A stretch of DNA of 61,840 bases from Puniceicoccaceae bacterium (GTDB taxonomy: Bacteria > Verrucomicrobiota > Verrucomicrobiia > Opitutales > Oceanipulchritudinaceae), in NCBI GenBank assembly GCA_040830765.1, contig JBFOMH010000025.1:1-61840 (forward strand). Direction: 5' to 3'. Each line of letters opens with the position of its first letter. Within the stretch, counting starts at the first letter, position 1. The notes under the pieces were generated by a model. It was not told where the DNA came from. It saw only the letters and a program-made list of their open reading frames with translations, and searched no databases. Positions 27,967 to 37,988 of the stretch are shown here, in pieces. The position numbers and the translations under genes were made by a program.

Positions 27967-28518
27967 TCACCAATATGTGTGAATGGCAATTCCTTGTCGC
28001 AATACCCGGTCCTCGGCTTCCGGAAATTGCAGATACAGAACGCCGGGTTTTTCATTTCGAAAGAAACGCCCTCCAGACGAATTAATGAGGATCTCACCAG
28101 CATATCGGATTGGGTGCTCAAGGGTTGGCTCCCAAGTTCCATCCTCCGGCCAGCTACTCAATGTCCAATTGTCACCAGTCCGGGTAAGTTCCAGCCGCTG
28201 GATTCTCCCACGGGAACCCAGGCAACGAATGCGGAGGCGGTTCAAGGCGTTCCCCGTGACCGTTTCCCAGGTCTCAATCTCCAGCCATGGGTCCTCTGGA
28301 GTAAAGGGCTCCAGGCGTTGGTCCCAGGCCATTTGCAACCGCAGGCATAAGTCTTGGACAGCTTGCACTTCCAGTTGCCTGACCTGGCTTTCTGTTAATC
28401 GCGACAGGCTGAAGTGGATTAACTTCATCCCCACCACCGCAATCAGGGATGCTGTTCCCAGAACGACAAGAAGCTCGACCAGGGCCAGGCCACGTTTCTG
28501 GCTATGGTCACGGTTCAT
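27967..28518 (-). CDS. Prepilin-like protein (type IV pilin N-terminal methylation site)
   Basis: ATG at 28518: MNRDHSQKRG|LALVELLVVLG, with G|xxxxE and a hydrophobic helix. Confidence 0.65.
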   Translation of the reverse strand: MNRDHSQKRGLALVELLVVLGTASLIAVVGMKLIHFSLSRLTESQVRQLEVQAVQDLCLRLQMAWDQRLEPFTPEDPWLEIETWETVTGNALNRLRIRCLGSRGRIQRLELTRTGDNWTLSSWPEDGTWEPTLEHPIRYAGEILINSSGGRFFRNEKPGVLYLQFPEAEDRVLRQGIAIHTYW

Positions 28519-28957
28519 TGGTCTCAGGGAAGGACTCATGCCCGGCGGTCTGGGAATCCCACCAGGTCCACTCATGCGTATTTCCGTTGAACTGTTCGAT
28601 CCACCAGAGGGCCGAACCATTGTCGACAACCAGGCGCCTCCGCCACAGAAAGCCTTCCTCGGCGGTCCCCATCATGGGAAGCCACTCCTCATCAGGAAAG
28701 TCCAGGACGCTCCACCGGCCGTCATCCGCCCGTACCGCAAGGGCTACACGTCCGCCAGAGTTTCTCCAGACAGCCTCCACTGCTTGCATCGACGCTACCC
28801 TTTCGCGGGCCAGTCCGGTCGCGCGACCCACTGCGAGTTCATAGGCCAGCAGATGGTACCCCACCGTCATCACAACCGCCAACAGCATTAAGGCGGATGC
28901 CAGCTCCAGGGCAACAAATCCGGACTTTCCACGACCGTTGTTCACAGAAGCACCCAT
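28508..28957 (-). CDS. Prepilin-like protein (minor pilin/pseudopilin)
   Basis: MGASVNNGRGKSG|FVALELASALMLLAVV; overlaps the next gene by 11 bp. Confidence 0.65.
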   Translation of the reverse strand: MGASVNNGRGKSGFVALELASALMLLAVVMTVGYHLLAYELAVGRATGLARERVASMQAVEAVWRNSGGRVALAVRADDGRWSVLDFPDEEWLPMMGTAEEGFLWRRRLVVDNGSALWWIEQFNGNTHEWTWWDSQTAGHESFPETNEP

Positions 28958-29022
28958 ATTTCCGATTCAACCGCACACTTGTCACCGGCTGAATAATCTT
29001 TTCTACCTAAATTTATCCGGCA

Positions 29023-29113
29023 TTGACAGTCTCTGAAATTGCTTCCTAATTACCCCTATCTTGCGTGAAGGCCGGATGTATCTGGACTCATCCGAATGTT
29101 TTCCCGGCCTCAC
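29023..29113 (+). promoter_or_regulatory. Candidate rho promoter (-35 TTGACA) and structured leader
   Basis: Perfect TTGACA at 29023-29028, but the -10 is weak; nested stems at 29065-29113. Confidence 0.4.
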
Positions 29114-29196
29114 CCAATTTGGACTTTTCCAAGCGAGGGGGTTGAAAACGTTTATTTTCGCCCATTCGGTAAACCTCTAAATTTTCAAGCATATCC

Positions 29197-30330
29197 ATGG
29201 AATCAGAAAAGGATTCCCAGACCACATTAACGGTTGAGGGAATTTTCGAACCCCAGAAGAACAAGTCGGGTATCCTGTTGAACCCAAAACACAACGGGAA
29301 AACCCGGCCCACGGACCCCTTTGTCCCGCGGGAACTGGTCCGTCGCTTCAAGCTCAAGCGCGGCAATTACGTTACCGGGAATGGACAGGCCGATGGCCGC
29401 CATCCCAATCCTAAGGTCCGTTTTATTGAGACCGTTGATGGAATGCCCCTCGACGAGCGGCGCAAGCAGCTGAATTTCGAGCAACTGACGACCATCGCTC
29501 CGGACGTCTGGCTCCAACTGGAGCGAAAGGGCTCCGGTAACATGACCTCGCGCGTCATGGACATCTTCTGCCCCATCGGGAAGGGCCAGCGCGGACTCAT
29601 TGTGGCCCCGCCACGAACCGGCAAGACCACTCTCCTTCAGGACATTGCCCTCGGGGTTCACGAGAACAATCCGGAATGCAAGATTGTCATGCTTCTCGTC
29701 GACGAGCGGCCGGAGGAAGTAACGGACATCAAGCGCAACACTCCTGGTATTGTGTTTGCCTCCTCCAACGATGAACAGACCACAAACCACCTTCACGTTG
29801 CGGAGCTGGCCATCGACTTCGCCAAGCGCCAGGTGGAAGCCGGTTCCGATGTGGTTGTCCTCATGGATTCCCTGACCCGCCTTTCCCGGGCCTACAATTC
29901 AGCCCGCGGGGGCAGCGGCCGGACAATGACCGGCGGCCTTGACATCCGTGCCCTCGAGAAGCCGCGGCAGCTCTTCTCCGCGGCCCGCAACACTGAGGAA
30001 GCCGGCAGCCTGACCATCATTGCCTCCGCCCTGATTGAGACGGGCAGCCGCATGGACGACCTCATTTTCCAGGAATTCAAGGGAACCGGCAACATGGAGA
30101 TGGTTCTCGATCGCAAGGTGGCCGAGTTGCGGATTTGGCCAGCCATTAATATTGCCTCCTCCGGAACACGGCGGGAAGAACTGATTCTTCCCGAGGAAAA
30201 CCTCAAGAAATCGCACTTCTTCCGCCGGGCCCTTGCTTCCATGAAGGTCGAGGATGCGGCTGAATCAGCCGTCGAGCGACTCTCCAAGACAACCACCAAC
30301 GAACAATTCTTCAAACTCATTGACATTTAA
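29197..30330 (+). CDS. rho: Transcription termination factor Rho (short form)
   Basis: PIGKGQRGLIVAPPRTGKT, DERPEEVT, DSLTRL, ETGSRMDDLIFQEFKGTGNME and SGTRREEL motifs. Confidence 0.95.
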   Translation: MESEKDSQTTLTVEGIFEPQKNKSGILLNPKHNGKTRPTDPFVPRELVRRFKLKRGNYVTGNGQADGRHPNPKVRFIETVDGMPLDERRKQLNFEQLTTIAPDVWLQLERKGSGNMTSRVMDIFCPIGKGQRGLIVAPPRTGKTTLLQDIALGVHENNPECKIVMLLVDERPEEVTDIKRNTPGIVFASSNDEQTTNHLHVAELAIDFAKRQVEAGSDVVVLMDSLTRLSRAYNSARGGSGRTMTGGLDIRALEKPRQLFSAARNTEEAGSLTIIASALIETGSRMDDLIFQEFKGTGNMEMVLDRKVAELRIWPAINIASSGTRREELILPEENLKKSHFFRRALASMKVEDAAESAVERLSKTTTNEQFFKLIDI

Positions 30331-30398
30331 AGTGTGCCTGGCCGGGGCTTTAGGCTTGCCCGCCATTTTGAGCGCTCCTTAATGGCACCTTTTCCAGA

Positions 30399-32159
30399 AT
30401 GCAAAACTTCGCAGACCAATGCCTCGACATGGCCCGGGCAATCCTCGGCCAGAACATCAGCTCCATCCAGCCCGATGGCACCATTAGCCCCGTAGAGGGG
30501 GAAAGCAGCCGCCCCGACGAACCCGGACACGCCGCCCTGGCCATCGGTGAATTCTACCGCGCCACCACGGAAAATGCCTTCGAGGACAAGGATTTGGTCG
30601 ATTTGGCCGCGCGCTGTATTACAGCACAGGCCTTTGCCGAAGAGGAATTTGAAAACGGGCTTGGTTATGCCGCCCTTGGCCTGCTCTCCTTCGGTCCTGC
30701 CAAGGAACGCAACCCAGTCTGGGAGCGCCTTCTCGATCCAACCCGTGAAAGCCTTGACCGCCGTCTGCTCGCGCGGACGGACTACGATGACCACTTTCAG
30801 GCGTTCAATGTTGCCAAGGCGGTCACCCGTTTCTCCATGGGCCTGTCCAAGAAGGACGAAACCGGCAAGCTCATTGACCGCTTCATCAGCCGGGTCCAGG
30901 AAACCAGTTCTGCCGGCTATATTGATGACGGCCCCAAGAATGGAGTTGGTGGGGTATTCGATATTTACGGCCCGATGGGCCTTATCTTCATGCGGCAGAC
31001 GCTGCAGCTGCATGCCAACATCCATTTACGCGACCGCAAGCTGCCCAGCCTGCGCACCGTGGCCGAGAAGTATCTCCGCCTGCTTCCGGATATCGTCCGT
31101 GCCGATGGCCAGGGCTGGATATACGGACGCTCGGTCGGCGTATACGGTCAAATGCACTGTATTTCGCTCATCCTGCAGGCATTGCGGGATGGTTGGATCG
31201 TCCAGGAAAAGATTCCCCACTACACAGAATTGCTGCGCAGGCTCTTCCAGTACTTCTTCCTGACCTACCTTGATCAAGAGCAGGGTTTCCTTGTCATCCG
31301 TGACCAGGAGCGGGACACCCGACCGGAACACACTACCCGGATGGCCAACTTCGATGGCGTCCGCTATCTCTGCCAATGGGCCCGCCTGGCCAGTTCCATC
31401 GGCGGAAAGATGGAAGCCGAAATCGCTCCCAAGCGCACCGGTGGGCGTTGGGTTATTTTCGACAAGGGGTCCAAGAAGGAGCAGGGCCTCTATATCTACC
31501 AGGACACGGAGAGCGGTCTGCATGTCCAGTTGCCTCTCGTTGGCAGCAACAAGTCCGGGTGCGCGGATTACCTTCCCTTCCCCCATTGTCCAGGCATATT
31601 TGACTGGCCGGCCAATCGCTACATGCCGGTTCTCCTTCCGGAGCTGACCATTGGCGGGAAAAAGATTGTCCCTGCCTTCTACGGCAAGCGCTGCGTCACC
31701 GGACTGGGACTGCGCCGCAGCTTCTATTTCCGTTATGAACAGCCCGAGTTCATCACCAACGAGGAGGAAATCCTCCCCGGGCTCGGCAGTGTCAAGGTGG
31801 CCTGGAACTTCTCCGGCAACACCATCAGCAGCGAGTTCATCTTCACGGTCAAGAAGCAGGTCCAGTGCGATTATTTCCGCTACATGCTGGCCATCGGCTC
31901 ACCCCACTCCGAAAAACATGCTCCCATGACCTTCGCCCTCGGCGAACAGGGCCTTGGTTGCTCTGTGGAGAAGGATGATTTCCAAGCCGTCTGGCAGGAA
32001 ACCGAGGTTGTCACCAATGAACCGGGATACCGCACCTACTGGGGCAACCTGCATTACATCCAGAGCCTCGTCCGCGACCATCCGCTCATCATGCGTCCGG
32101 GACAGCAATACCGGTTGAGCACTTCCTTTACCCCGGATGTCAGCCTGATGGACTCCTGA
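30399..32159 (+). CDS. Hypothetical cytoplasmic protein (helical N-part, beta-rich C-part)
   Basis: 586-aa ORF with typical codon usage, between rho and hisF; family not recognised. Confidence 0.75.
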   Translation: MQNFADQCLDMARAILGQNISSIQPDGTISPVEGESSRPDEPGHAALAIGEFYRATTENAFEDKDLVDLAARCITAQAFAEEEFENGLGYAALGLLSFGPAKERNPVWERLLDPTRESLDRRLLARTDYDDHFQAFNVAKAVTRFSMGLSKKDETGKLIDRFISRVQETSSAGYIDDGPKNGVGGVFDIYGPMGLIFMRQTLQLHANIHLRDRKLPSLRTVAEKYLRLLPDIVRADGQGWIYGRSVGVYGQMHCISLILQALRDGWIVQEKIPHYTELLRRLFQYFFLTYLDQEQGFLVIRDQERDTRPEHTTRMANFDGVRYLCQWARLASSIGGKMEAEIAPKRTGGRWVIFDKGSKKEQGLYIYQDTESGLHVQLPLVGSNKSGCADYLPFPHCPGIFDWPANRYMPVLLPELTIGGKKIVPAFYGKRCVTGLGLRRSFYFRYEQPEFITNEEEILPGLGSVKVAWNFSGNTISSEFIFTVKKQVQCDYFRYMLAIGSPHSEKHAPMTFALGEQGLGCSVEKDDFQAVWQETEVVTNEPGYRTYWGNLHYIQSLVRDHPLIMRPGQQYRLSTSFTPDVSLMDS

Positions 32160-32174
32160 GCAAGGCTTTTCGCC

Positions 32175-32942
32175 ATGTTGTCCGTGAGAATCATCCCCTG
32201 CCTGGACGTCAACGCCGGCCGGGTTGTCAAAGGGGTACGGTTCAAGGAATTGCGCGATGCCGGTGATCCGCCCCAGATTGCCAAGGCATACGAGCAGCAG
32301 GGAGCCGATGAGCTGGTCTTTTTGGACATCACCGCCTCTTCAAGCGAACGGGATATCATGCGCGATATCGTCGAAGAGACAGCCTCCCACTGTTTCATGC
32401 CGCTGACTGTCGGGGGTGGCCTGCGTTCCGTTGAGAATATCCGCGACATGCTCAATGCGGGAGCCGACAAGATCAGTCTCAACACGGCCGCTGTCCTCGA
32501 TCCGGACCTGGTTTCGGCCTCTTCCGACCGCTTTGGCAACCAGTGCATCGTCGTCGCCATTGATGCCAAATGGGACACCTCGATCGGTACCTGGCGCGTC
32601 TACACCCATGGCGGCCGCAAGCCCACCGATTGGCTGGCCCTCGACTGGGCCCAAGAGGTCGTTCGGCGCGGAGCGGGTGAGATCCTTCTCACCAGTATGG
32701 ATGCCGACGGGACCAAGGCTGGTTACGACATCGGCCTGACGAAGACCTTGTCCGACGCCGTTGAGGTTCCGGTCATCGCCTCCGGTGGAGCCGGCAACCT
32801 GGACCATTTGGTTGATGTCCTGAAGGAAGGCCACGCCTCCGCCGTCCTGGCCGCCAGCATCTTCCACTTTGGGGAATTTACCATAGCCGAAGCAAAAGCG
32901 CATCTGGCAGCGGAAGGGCTTCCCGTTCGCTTGACCGGCTAG
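32175..32942 (+). CDS. hisF: Imidazole glycerol phosphate synthase, cyclase subunit
   Basis: [48 protein letters not shown] and LAASIFH motifs. Confidence 0.97.
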   Translation: MLSVRIIPCLDVNAGRVVKGVRFKELRDAGDPPQIAKAYEQQGADELVFLDITASSSERDIMRDIVEETASHCFMPLTVGGGLRSVENIRDMLNAGADKISLNTAAVLDPDLVSASSDRFGNQCIVVAIDAKWDTSIGTWRVYTHGGRKPTDWLALDWAQEVVRRGAGEILLTSMDADGTKAGYDIGLTKTLSDAVEVPVIASGGAGNLDHLVDVLKEGHASAVLAASIFHFGEFTIAEAKAHLAAEGLPVRLTG

Positions 32943-32956
32943 CCGGAATCCCCAAA

Positions 32957-33718
32957 ATGGACTCCATGCGCATTTACCGCTTCCTTATCCCGCTCCTGCT
33001 CGTCGGTGTATCCGCTTCCTTCTCCTCCGGGCAGGATGAAAGTGAAACCGTTACTCTTGACTATGTCCTCAGCCGCTATGTTGAGAGCATGGGTGGCCGG
33101 GCCAACCTGCAGAAAATCATGAGTGTCCGTATTAGCGGGACCGTCGACTACCCCGACGGTACCAGTCATGCCATCACAGTCTTGAAGAAGAAGCCCAATC
33201 TGGTTCGCATGATCCTTGATACGGGGACCATGCGCATCATTCAGGGTTACGATGGGAAGGATGTCTGGTTCGCCCGCGAATCGGGTCCCAACCAGATGGT
33301 TGACCGACTGCGCGGCGCCAGTGAGACGTCCTTTATCCGGGATGCCCCTCTTGAAGGGGTCCTGATGAATGCCTATGCCGCCAATGCCGTCCTTGAGTTG
33401 GGAAAGACGGTCGTTCTCGATGGGATGCCTTGCTACCAGATCATCGCCAGCTTTCCCGGTGGTGCAAAATCCATTCACTGCATCGACAGGGAAGAATTCA
33501 ATGAGCGCCGGATTTACCAGTATGATTCCGATGGTAAATTGCTCTCAGAATTGGTACCGAGTGAGTTTGAGCTTTATGATGGAGTCCTGTTCTCGATGAA
33601 GACAGACCGCGTCAAGGATGGTGAAATTGTCTCCAGCGTAACGGTGGAAGATGTGCAAATTAACATGGGCATCTTAAACGCGGCCTTCTCACCACCGTCT
33701 GAATTACCCCCTCGTTGA
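32957..33718 (+). CDS. Secreted LolA-like / outer-membrane lipoprotein-sorting family protein
   Basis: Signal peptide; YVESMGG..NLQKI, KKPNLVR, QGYDGK..W and C-terminal IN..I...FSPP pattern. Start may be 32966. Confidence 0.55.
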   Translation: MDSMRIYRFLIPLLLVGVSASFSSGQDESETVTLDYVLSRYVESMGGRANLQKIMSVRISGTVDYPDGTSHAITVLKKKPNLVRMILDTGTMRIIQGYDGKDVWFARESGPNQMVDRLRGASETSFIRDAPLEGVLMNAYAANAVLELGKTVVLDGMPCYQIIASFPGGAKSIHCIDREEFNERRIYQYDSDGKLLSELVPSEFELYDGVLFSMKTDRVKDGEIVSSVTVEDVQINMGILNAAFSPPSELPPR

Positions 33719-33725
33719 GGCTGGC

Positions 33726-35249
33726 CTACAGCTTGCCCTGAAGAAGGCGCAGGGATGGATACCGGAAGGCCCGCAGGATTGCGAAATAGATTGCGGCAGC
33801 AAAGGGTATCACAAGGACAACTGCCAACAGGTCCTGAAGTTTGGTCACTATTCCGGTCAAATGGATGACATACATCCCGGCAAATGCCGCCAGGACAAGT
33901 CCAGCCAGGGCAACGACCAGCTTAAGTACCGTGACAAGCTTGAACCCGACGATGGACTCGCCCGGGAGAAACAGTTGCAGGGCAAGACAATGAATCATTG
34001 AGCTGAGGGTATTGGCCAGTGCAAGGCCCACAGCTCCCAGATAGCGCATCAGGACAAGGCCCAGGACCAGATTCAGGACCAGATTCAGGGCAGCCAGTCG
34101 CACGGGTAATTTCATGTCCTGGCGGGCATACCAGGCCCGTGTAAGGAGCGTCGACCAGGCAAAGAAGGGTAATCCCAAGGCAGCGGCCGCGAGAACCGGA
34201 ACAGCTGCCAGAACGTCCCGGCTTTCGAAAAGGCCCCACTGGAACAGGAAGCCCAGAATTGGCTCTCCGAGGACAATCAGGCCCAGCATGGCGGGAAGAG
34301 TAATCATGAAGATTATCCCAAGTCCGCGCGTGAAAACAGTGGCAAATCCGCTCTGGTCCCCGGTCGAGCTAAGGCGGGACAAATCCGGAAAGATGACTGT
34401 CGTGACAGCGATGGCAAACACGCCCAATGGCAACTCCACGAGACGACTCGAGATGTAGAGTAATCCCGTCGCGGTATCATCGAGGGAAAAGGCCAGGAAG
34501 CGGGAAACGAGGATATTTACTTGGAATATAGCCGCCCCCAGTAATCCGGGAAGAAAGAGTTTCAGCAGTTGTTGCAGGCCCGGATGGTTACCGAGTTCCA
34601 ACCGCGGTCGCCAACCCTCCCTGTAGAGGCCAATTGCAGGTACCAGTAACTGGAGCAAACCTCCGCCGAGCACCGCTGCAGAAAGCAGGTACACCCTCCC
34701 CCAGCCCTCTGAGGGCATCCAGAATATTCCCACCAGCATGGCCCCGATCATGGTCAGGTTGAGCCAGACCTGGTTAAAGGCAGCCAGGGCGAATCGGTTC
34801 AATACGTTCAGCATGCCGCAAAGCAATGCCCCGAGGCAGATGAAGACCATGTATGGAAACAGGACCTGGGACAGACCGGCCCCGGCGTACCAGCGTTCTT
34901 CCAGTCCAGGAATCCGGTCGACAAGAAACAAGGCCGGGATGACGATTACCTGCAACAGGAGCAAACCGATTCCAAGGCGACTGAGGATGGCGTTGAGGAG
35001 CCGGAATGTGTCATCAGGACCCTGCTTTTCCAGAGACTCGGCAAGAACCGGAATCGAGGATGAGGTCAGGGCGCCCTCTCCCAAAAGCCGCCGGAAGAGA
35101 TTCGGTATGGTAAAAGCGAGGATAAAAGCAGAGTTGAGAATTCCGGTCCCGAGGGAAGCGAAGAGAAGAACATCCCGGGCCAGGCCCAGGATACGGGAAG
35201 CCATGGTCCAGCCTGCGACCTCTGATATGCGCCGTGTAAATGAGCCCAC
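33726..35249 (-). CDS. murJ: Lipid II flippase MurJ (MviN)
   Basis: SRILGLARD, AFTIPNLFRRLLGEGAL, RLVELPLGVF and about 14 TM helices. GTG start at 35249 chosen because the longer call overlaps pta. Confidence 0.92.
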   Translation of the reverse strand: MGSFTRRISEVAGWTMASRILGLARDVLLFASLGTGILNSAFILAFTIPNLFRRLLGEGALTSSSIPVLAESLEKQGPDDTFRLLNAILSRLGIGLLLLQVIVIPALFLVDRIPGLEERWYAGAGLSQVLFPYMVFICLGALLCGMLNVLNRFALAAFNQVWLNLTMIGAMLVGIFWMPSEGWGRVYLLSAAVLGGGLLQLLVPAIGLYREGWRPRLELGNHPGLQQLLKLFLPGLLGAAIFQVNILVSRFLAFSLDDTATGLLYISSRLVELPLGVFAIAVTTVIFPDLSRLSSTGDQSGFATVFTRGLGIIFMITLPAMLGLIVLGEPILGFLFQWGLFESRDVLAAVPVLAAAALGLPFFAWSTLLTRAWYARQDMKLPVRLAALNLVLNLVLGLVLMRYLGAVGLALANTLSSMIHCLALQLFLPGESIVGFKLVTVLKLVVALAGLVLAAFAGMYVIHLTGIVTKLQDLLAVVLVIPFAAAIYFAILRAFRYPSLRLLQGKL

Positions 35250-35388
35250 GCATGCAGTTGTGCCAAAAGAAGCCGCAAGGACGAGAAAATTCCTCCCTCT
35301 GCCCAAAGTTGTCCCACAGATGCGTTTTACCTTCCCCTGAAGCGAATGTTGACCCAAGATTCCGCTTTTTCCATTCAAACCGATCAAC

Positions 35389-36438
35389 ATGTCGTTGCTG
35401 GAATCCTTAACTGCTAAACTACAACGCCATCCGAAGCGCATCGTCTTTCCGGAAGGGGCGGATCCCCGGATCATTCAAGCTGCCCGACAGTTGGTCAGCT
35501 ATCGTTGCGGCGTGCCGATCCTTCTTGGGGACCGGGCCAGGATAAAGGCCCGGGCCAGCCGCCTGGATATCAAACTTGACGGTATCCGCATCATCGAACC
35601 CGGACGGAGCGACGATACCGAACTCTTTCTTCCCATGCTGGACAATTCCTCGCATGCGCATCTTGAAATGGAGGAAAAGAAAGCTCTCTTGCTGGACCAG
35701 CACAACTTCGCCGCCCTGATGCTTGTCTCGGGCCGCGCGGACGCGCTGGTTGGCGGAGCCACTGTCACGGCCTCAAGTGGATTGCGATCCCTGTTCCGCA
35801 TCGTTCCAACCTTACCGGCTGTACGAACCGCATCCTCTATGCTGGTCCTGGATCAGGAAAACACCAAGGTCGGCATGGATGGCATCCTTTTCCTCGCGGA
35901 TTGTGGAGTGCTCCCCGACCCCACCGCAGAGCAGTTGGCCGACATCGCGGTCTCCACCGCCGAGACTGCCCACCACTTGACGGGATGTGTTCCCAAAGTT
36001 GCCTTTCTGAGCTTTGCCACGCACAGCCGGCGTCCAGCCCACCCTTCCATCCTGAAGATCCGGGAGGCCCTCCCGATGGCCCAGGCAAAGGCCGCTGCCA
36101 AGGGAGTGGAGGCGGACTTTGAAGGTGAGTTGCAACTGGATACCGCCTTGGACCTGGAGGTCGCCAAACAAAAGGGATTCGCAGAGGGCATTGTCGCCGG
36201 TGCGGCCAATGTCTTGATTTTTCCAGATCTGAACTCAGGCAACATTGCCTCGAAGATGCTCCAGGTCGTTGCTAACGCCAGGACTTACGGGCAAATCATC
36301 ATCGGACTCGACAAGCCGTGTGCGGAGATCAGCCGCGGTGCGCACGTCTATGACATAGTCGGCACGGCCATTATCACCGCCTGTCAGGCAATCGACCATA
36401 CGGTCTTGTTCCGTGAGGAAGTGGAGCCTTCAAACTGA
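35389..36438 (+). CDS. pta: Phosphate acetyl/acyltransferase (catalytic domain only)
   Basis: KRIVFPEG.D.RI, FLADCGV.PDPTAEQLADIA, GELQLD and NVLIFPDLNSGNI motifs. Confidence 0.88.
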   Translation: MSLLESLTAKLQRHPKRIVFPEGADPRIIQAARQLVSYRCGVPILLGDRARIKARASRLDIKLDGIRIIEPGRSDDTELFLPMLDNSSHAHLEMEEKKALLLDQHNFAALMLVSGRADALVGGATVTASSGLRSLFRIVPTLPAVRTASSMLVLDQENTKVGMDGILFLADCGVLPDPTAEQLADIAVSTAETAHHLTGCVPKVAFLSFATHSRRPAHPSILKIREALPMAQAKAAAKGVEADFEGELQLDTALDLEVAKQKGFAEGIVAGAANVLIFPDLNSGNIASKMLQVVANARTYGQIIIGLDKPCAEISRGAHVYDIVGTAIITACQAIDHTVLFREEVEPSN

Positions 36439-36447
36439 GGCCGGATC

Positions 36448-37587
36448 ATGCCAGAAGAGACCTTGCTGACGACCCCTGAAAACACGGAGACCCCGCGGCT
36501 CTTTGTCGCCGCGACGCGGCAAAATGATGGCAAGACGACTACCTGCCTGGGATTGTTCGCAGCCCTGCAGCAAAGATTCAACCGGGTTGGCTACATCAAG
36601 CCAATGGGCCAGCGTTTCATCCAATACGAGAATCATCTCATTGATGAGGATTCCCTGCTCTTCGACAAGACTTACGAGATCCACACCCCCATCGAGAGCA
36701 TGAGTCCGGTGGCCATCGATTCAACCTTCACAAGGCGCTTTCTCGATGAGCCCGAAAAGACGTATCCGATTCTTGTCGACAAGATGCTGCGTGCCTTTGA
36801 TCGCTCAGCTTTTGAAAAGGATGTGGTAATCATCGAAGGTTCCGGCCATGCCGGAGTCGGGGCCATCTCCAATCTTTCAAACGCCGAGGTAGCCCGTCTC
36901 CTCGGAGCCAAGGCAGTCATTGTCTCACGGGGAGGCATCGGCAAGCCGGTCGACGAAATCACCTTGAACAAGAGCCTCTTTGACAAGCATGGCGTGGAGG
37001 TCGTTGGGGCAATCCTGAACAAGGTCGAGCCGGACAAGATTGAAACGGTCCGCGATTACACTGGCAAAGCACTGGACCGAATGGGCGTTCCCCTGATCGG
37101 GATCATTCCCAAGATGCCCTCTCTTTCCTTCCCCAGCCTTTCCCAGGTCGTTGAAGCGGTTGAAGGCCGCTGGCTCAATGCCCAGTCATCGGGCGAGTAC
37201 AATCGTATCCTCAACGTCGTTGTCGGGGCCATGACGGCCAAGAGCTTGATCGATTACATCAAGCCGGGCGTCCTCATCATTGCGCCCGGTGACCGGGAAG
37301 ACGTTCTCCTCCTGACAATCGCGGCCTGCAGTGTCACCGGGCACAAGCCATTGGCCGGTATTGTCCTGACGAGGAACATCCTCCCTTCACCGCATATCAT
37401 GGAGATGATTGCCCAGACGAACATCCCCGTAGTTATCAGCCATGAGGAAAGCTATACCGTGGCTTCCAGGATCAATTCCATGACCGTCAAGACCCAACCA
37501 CATGATGCGGACAAGATCCCGCTCATCAAGCGGTTGATCCTCGAAAATGTCGATACCGAGGCCCTGATAACCAGCCTCGGCAGTTAA
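36448..37587 (+). CDS. BioD-like P-loop + DRTGG domain protein (the N-terminal module of long Pta as a separate gene)
   Basis: ATRQNDGKTT, GYIKPMG, IIEGSGHAGVG..SNAEVA, ILNKV, VGAM and PGDRED motifs. Confidence 0.85.
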   Translation: MPEETLLTTPENTETPRLFVAATRQNDGKTTTCLGLFAALQQRFNRVGYIKPMGQRFIQYENHLIDEDSLLFDKTYEIHTPIESMSPVAIDSTFTRRFLDEPEKTYPILVDKMLRAFDRSAFEKDVVIIEGSGHAGVGAISNLSNAEVARLLGAKAVIVSRGGIGKPVDEITLNKSLFDKHGVEVVGAILNKVEPDKIETVRDYTGKALDRMGVPLIGIIPKMPSLSFPSLSQVVEAVEGRWLNAQSSGEYNRILNVVVGAMTAKSLIDYIKPGVLIIAPGDREDVLLLTIAACSVTGHKPLAGIVLTRNILPSPHIMEMIAQTNIPVVISHEESYTVASRINSMTVKTQPHDADKIPLIKRLILENVDTEALITSLGS

Positions 37588-37599
37588 CCCGGTCTTTTC

Positions 37600-37977
37600 C
37601 TACCGGGTCTGCTTGCGACGGCGGAACTTGAGGATTACCAGCTTGTCCAAACCGGCAAACTGGACGACGCGATGAATGGCCGGACTGCTGATGCGCAGGA
37701 CCATCCGCTTCTTGTTTTCCTTGAGACGTACCGTCTCTGCGAAGAGCCAGTTGATGCCCATGGAATCAATCATGCGCGAATTACGCATGTCGAGGTAAAG
37801 GTCTCTCCATGAATCCAATCCCACTTCCTGGGTAATGTGCATCAGGCCGCGGCGCAACTCCCCTACCTGGGAACTGGTGACATCATCTTTCACCTCGACG
37901 AGGAGGCGGCCCTTTCTTTCGTCCAGGTGACCTTCGATAAGGTTTCCGGGCTCCTGAAATATTCCGTTTTGTACCAT
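37600..37977 (-). CDS. STAS-domain anti-sigma-factor antagonist
   Basis: LDMRNSRMIDSMGINWL (phosphorylatable Ser) and VVQFAGLDK motifs; downstream of the REC-PP2C-kinase gene. Confidence 0.8.
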   Translation of the reverse strand: MVQNGIFQEPGNLIEGHLDERKGRLLVEVKDDVTSSQVGELRRGLMHITQEVGLDSWRDLYLDMRNSRMIDSMGINWLFAETVRLKENKKRMVLRISSPAIHRVVQFAGLDKLVILKFRRRKQTR

Positions 37978-37988
37978 TGCTTGAAGCC

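Noticed and set aside
35250..35474. Long N-terminal extensions in the ORF track for murJ, cca (39376), rhomboid (53177), dUTPase (54898) and prepilin (28629)
   Set aside because: The extensions overlap neighbouring genes and lack family similarity; downstream starts fit the families.
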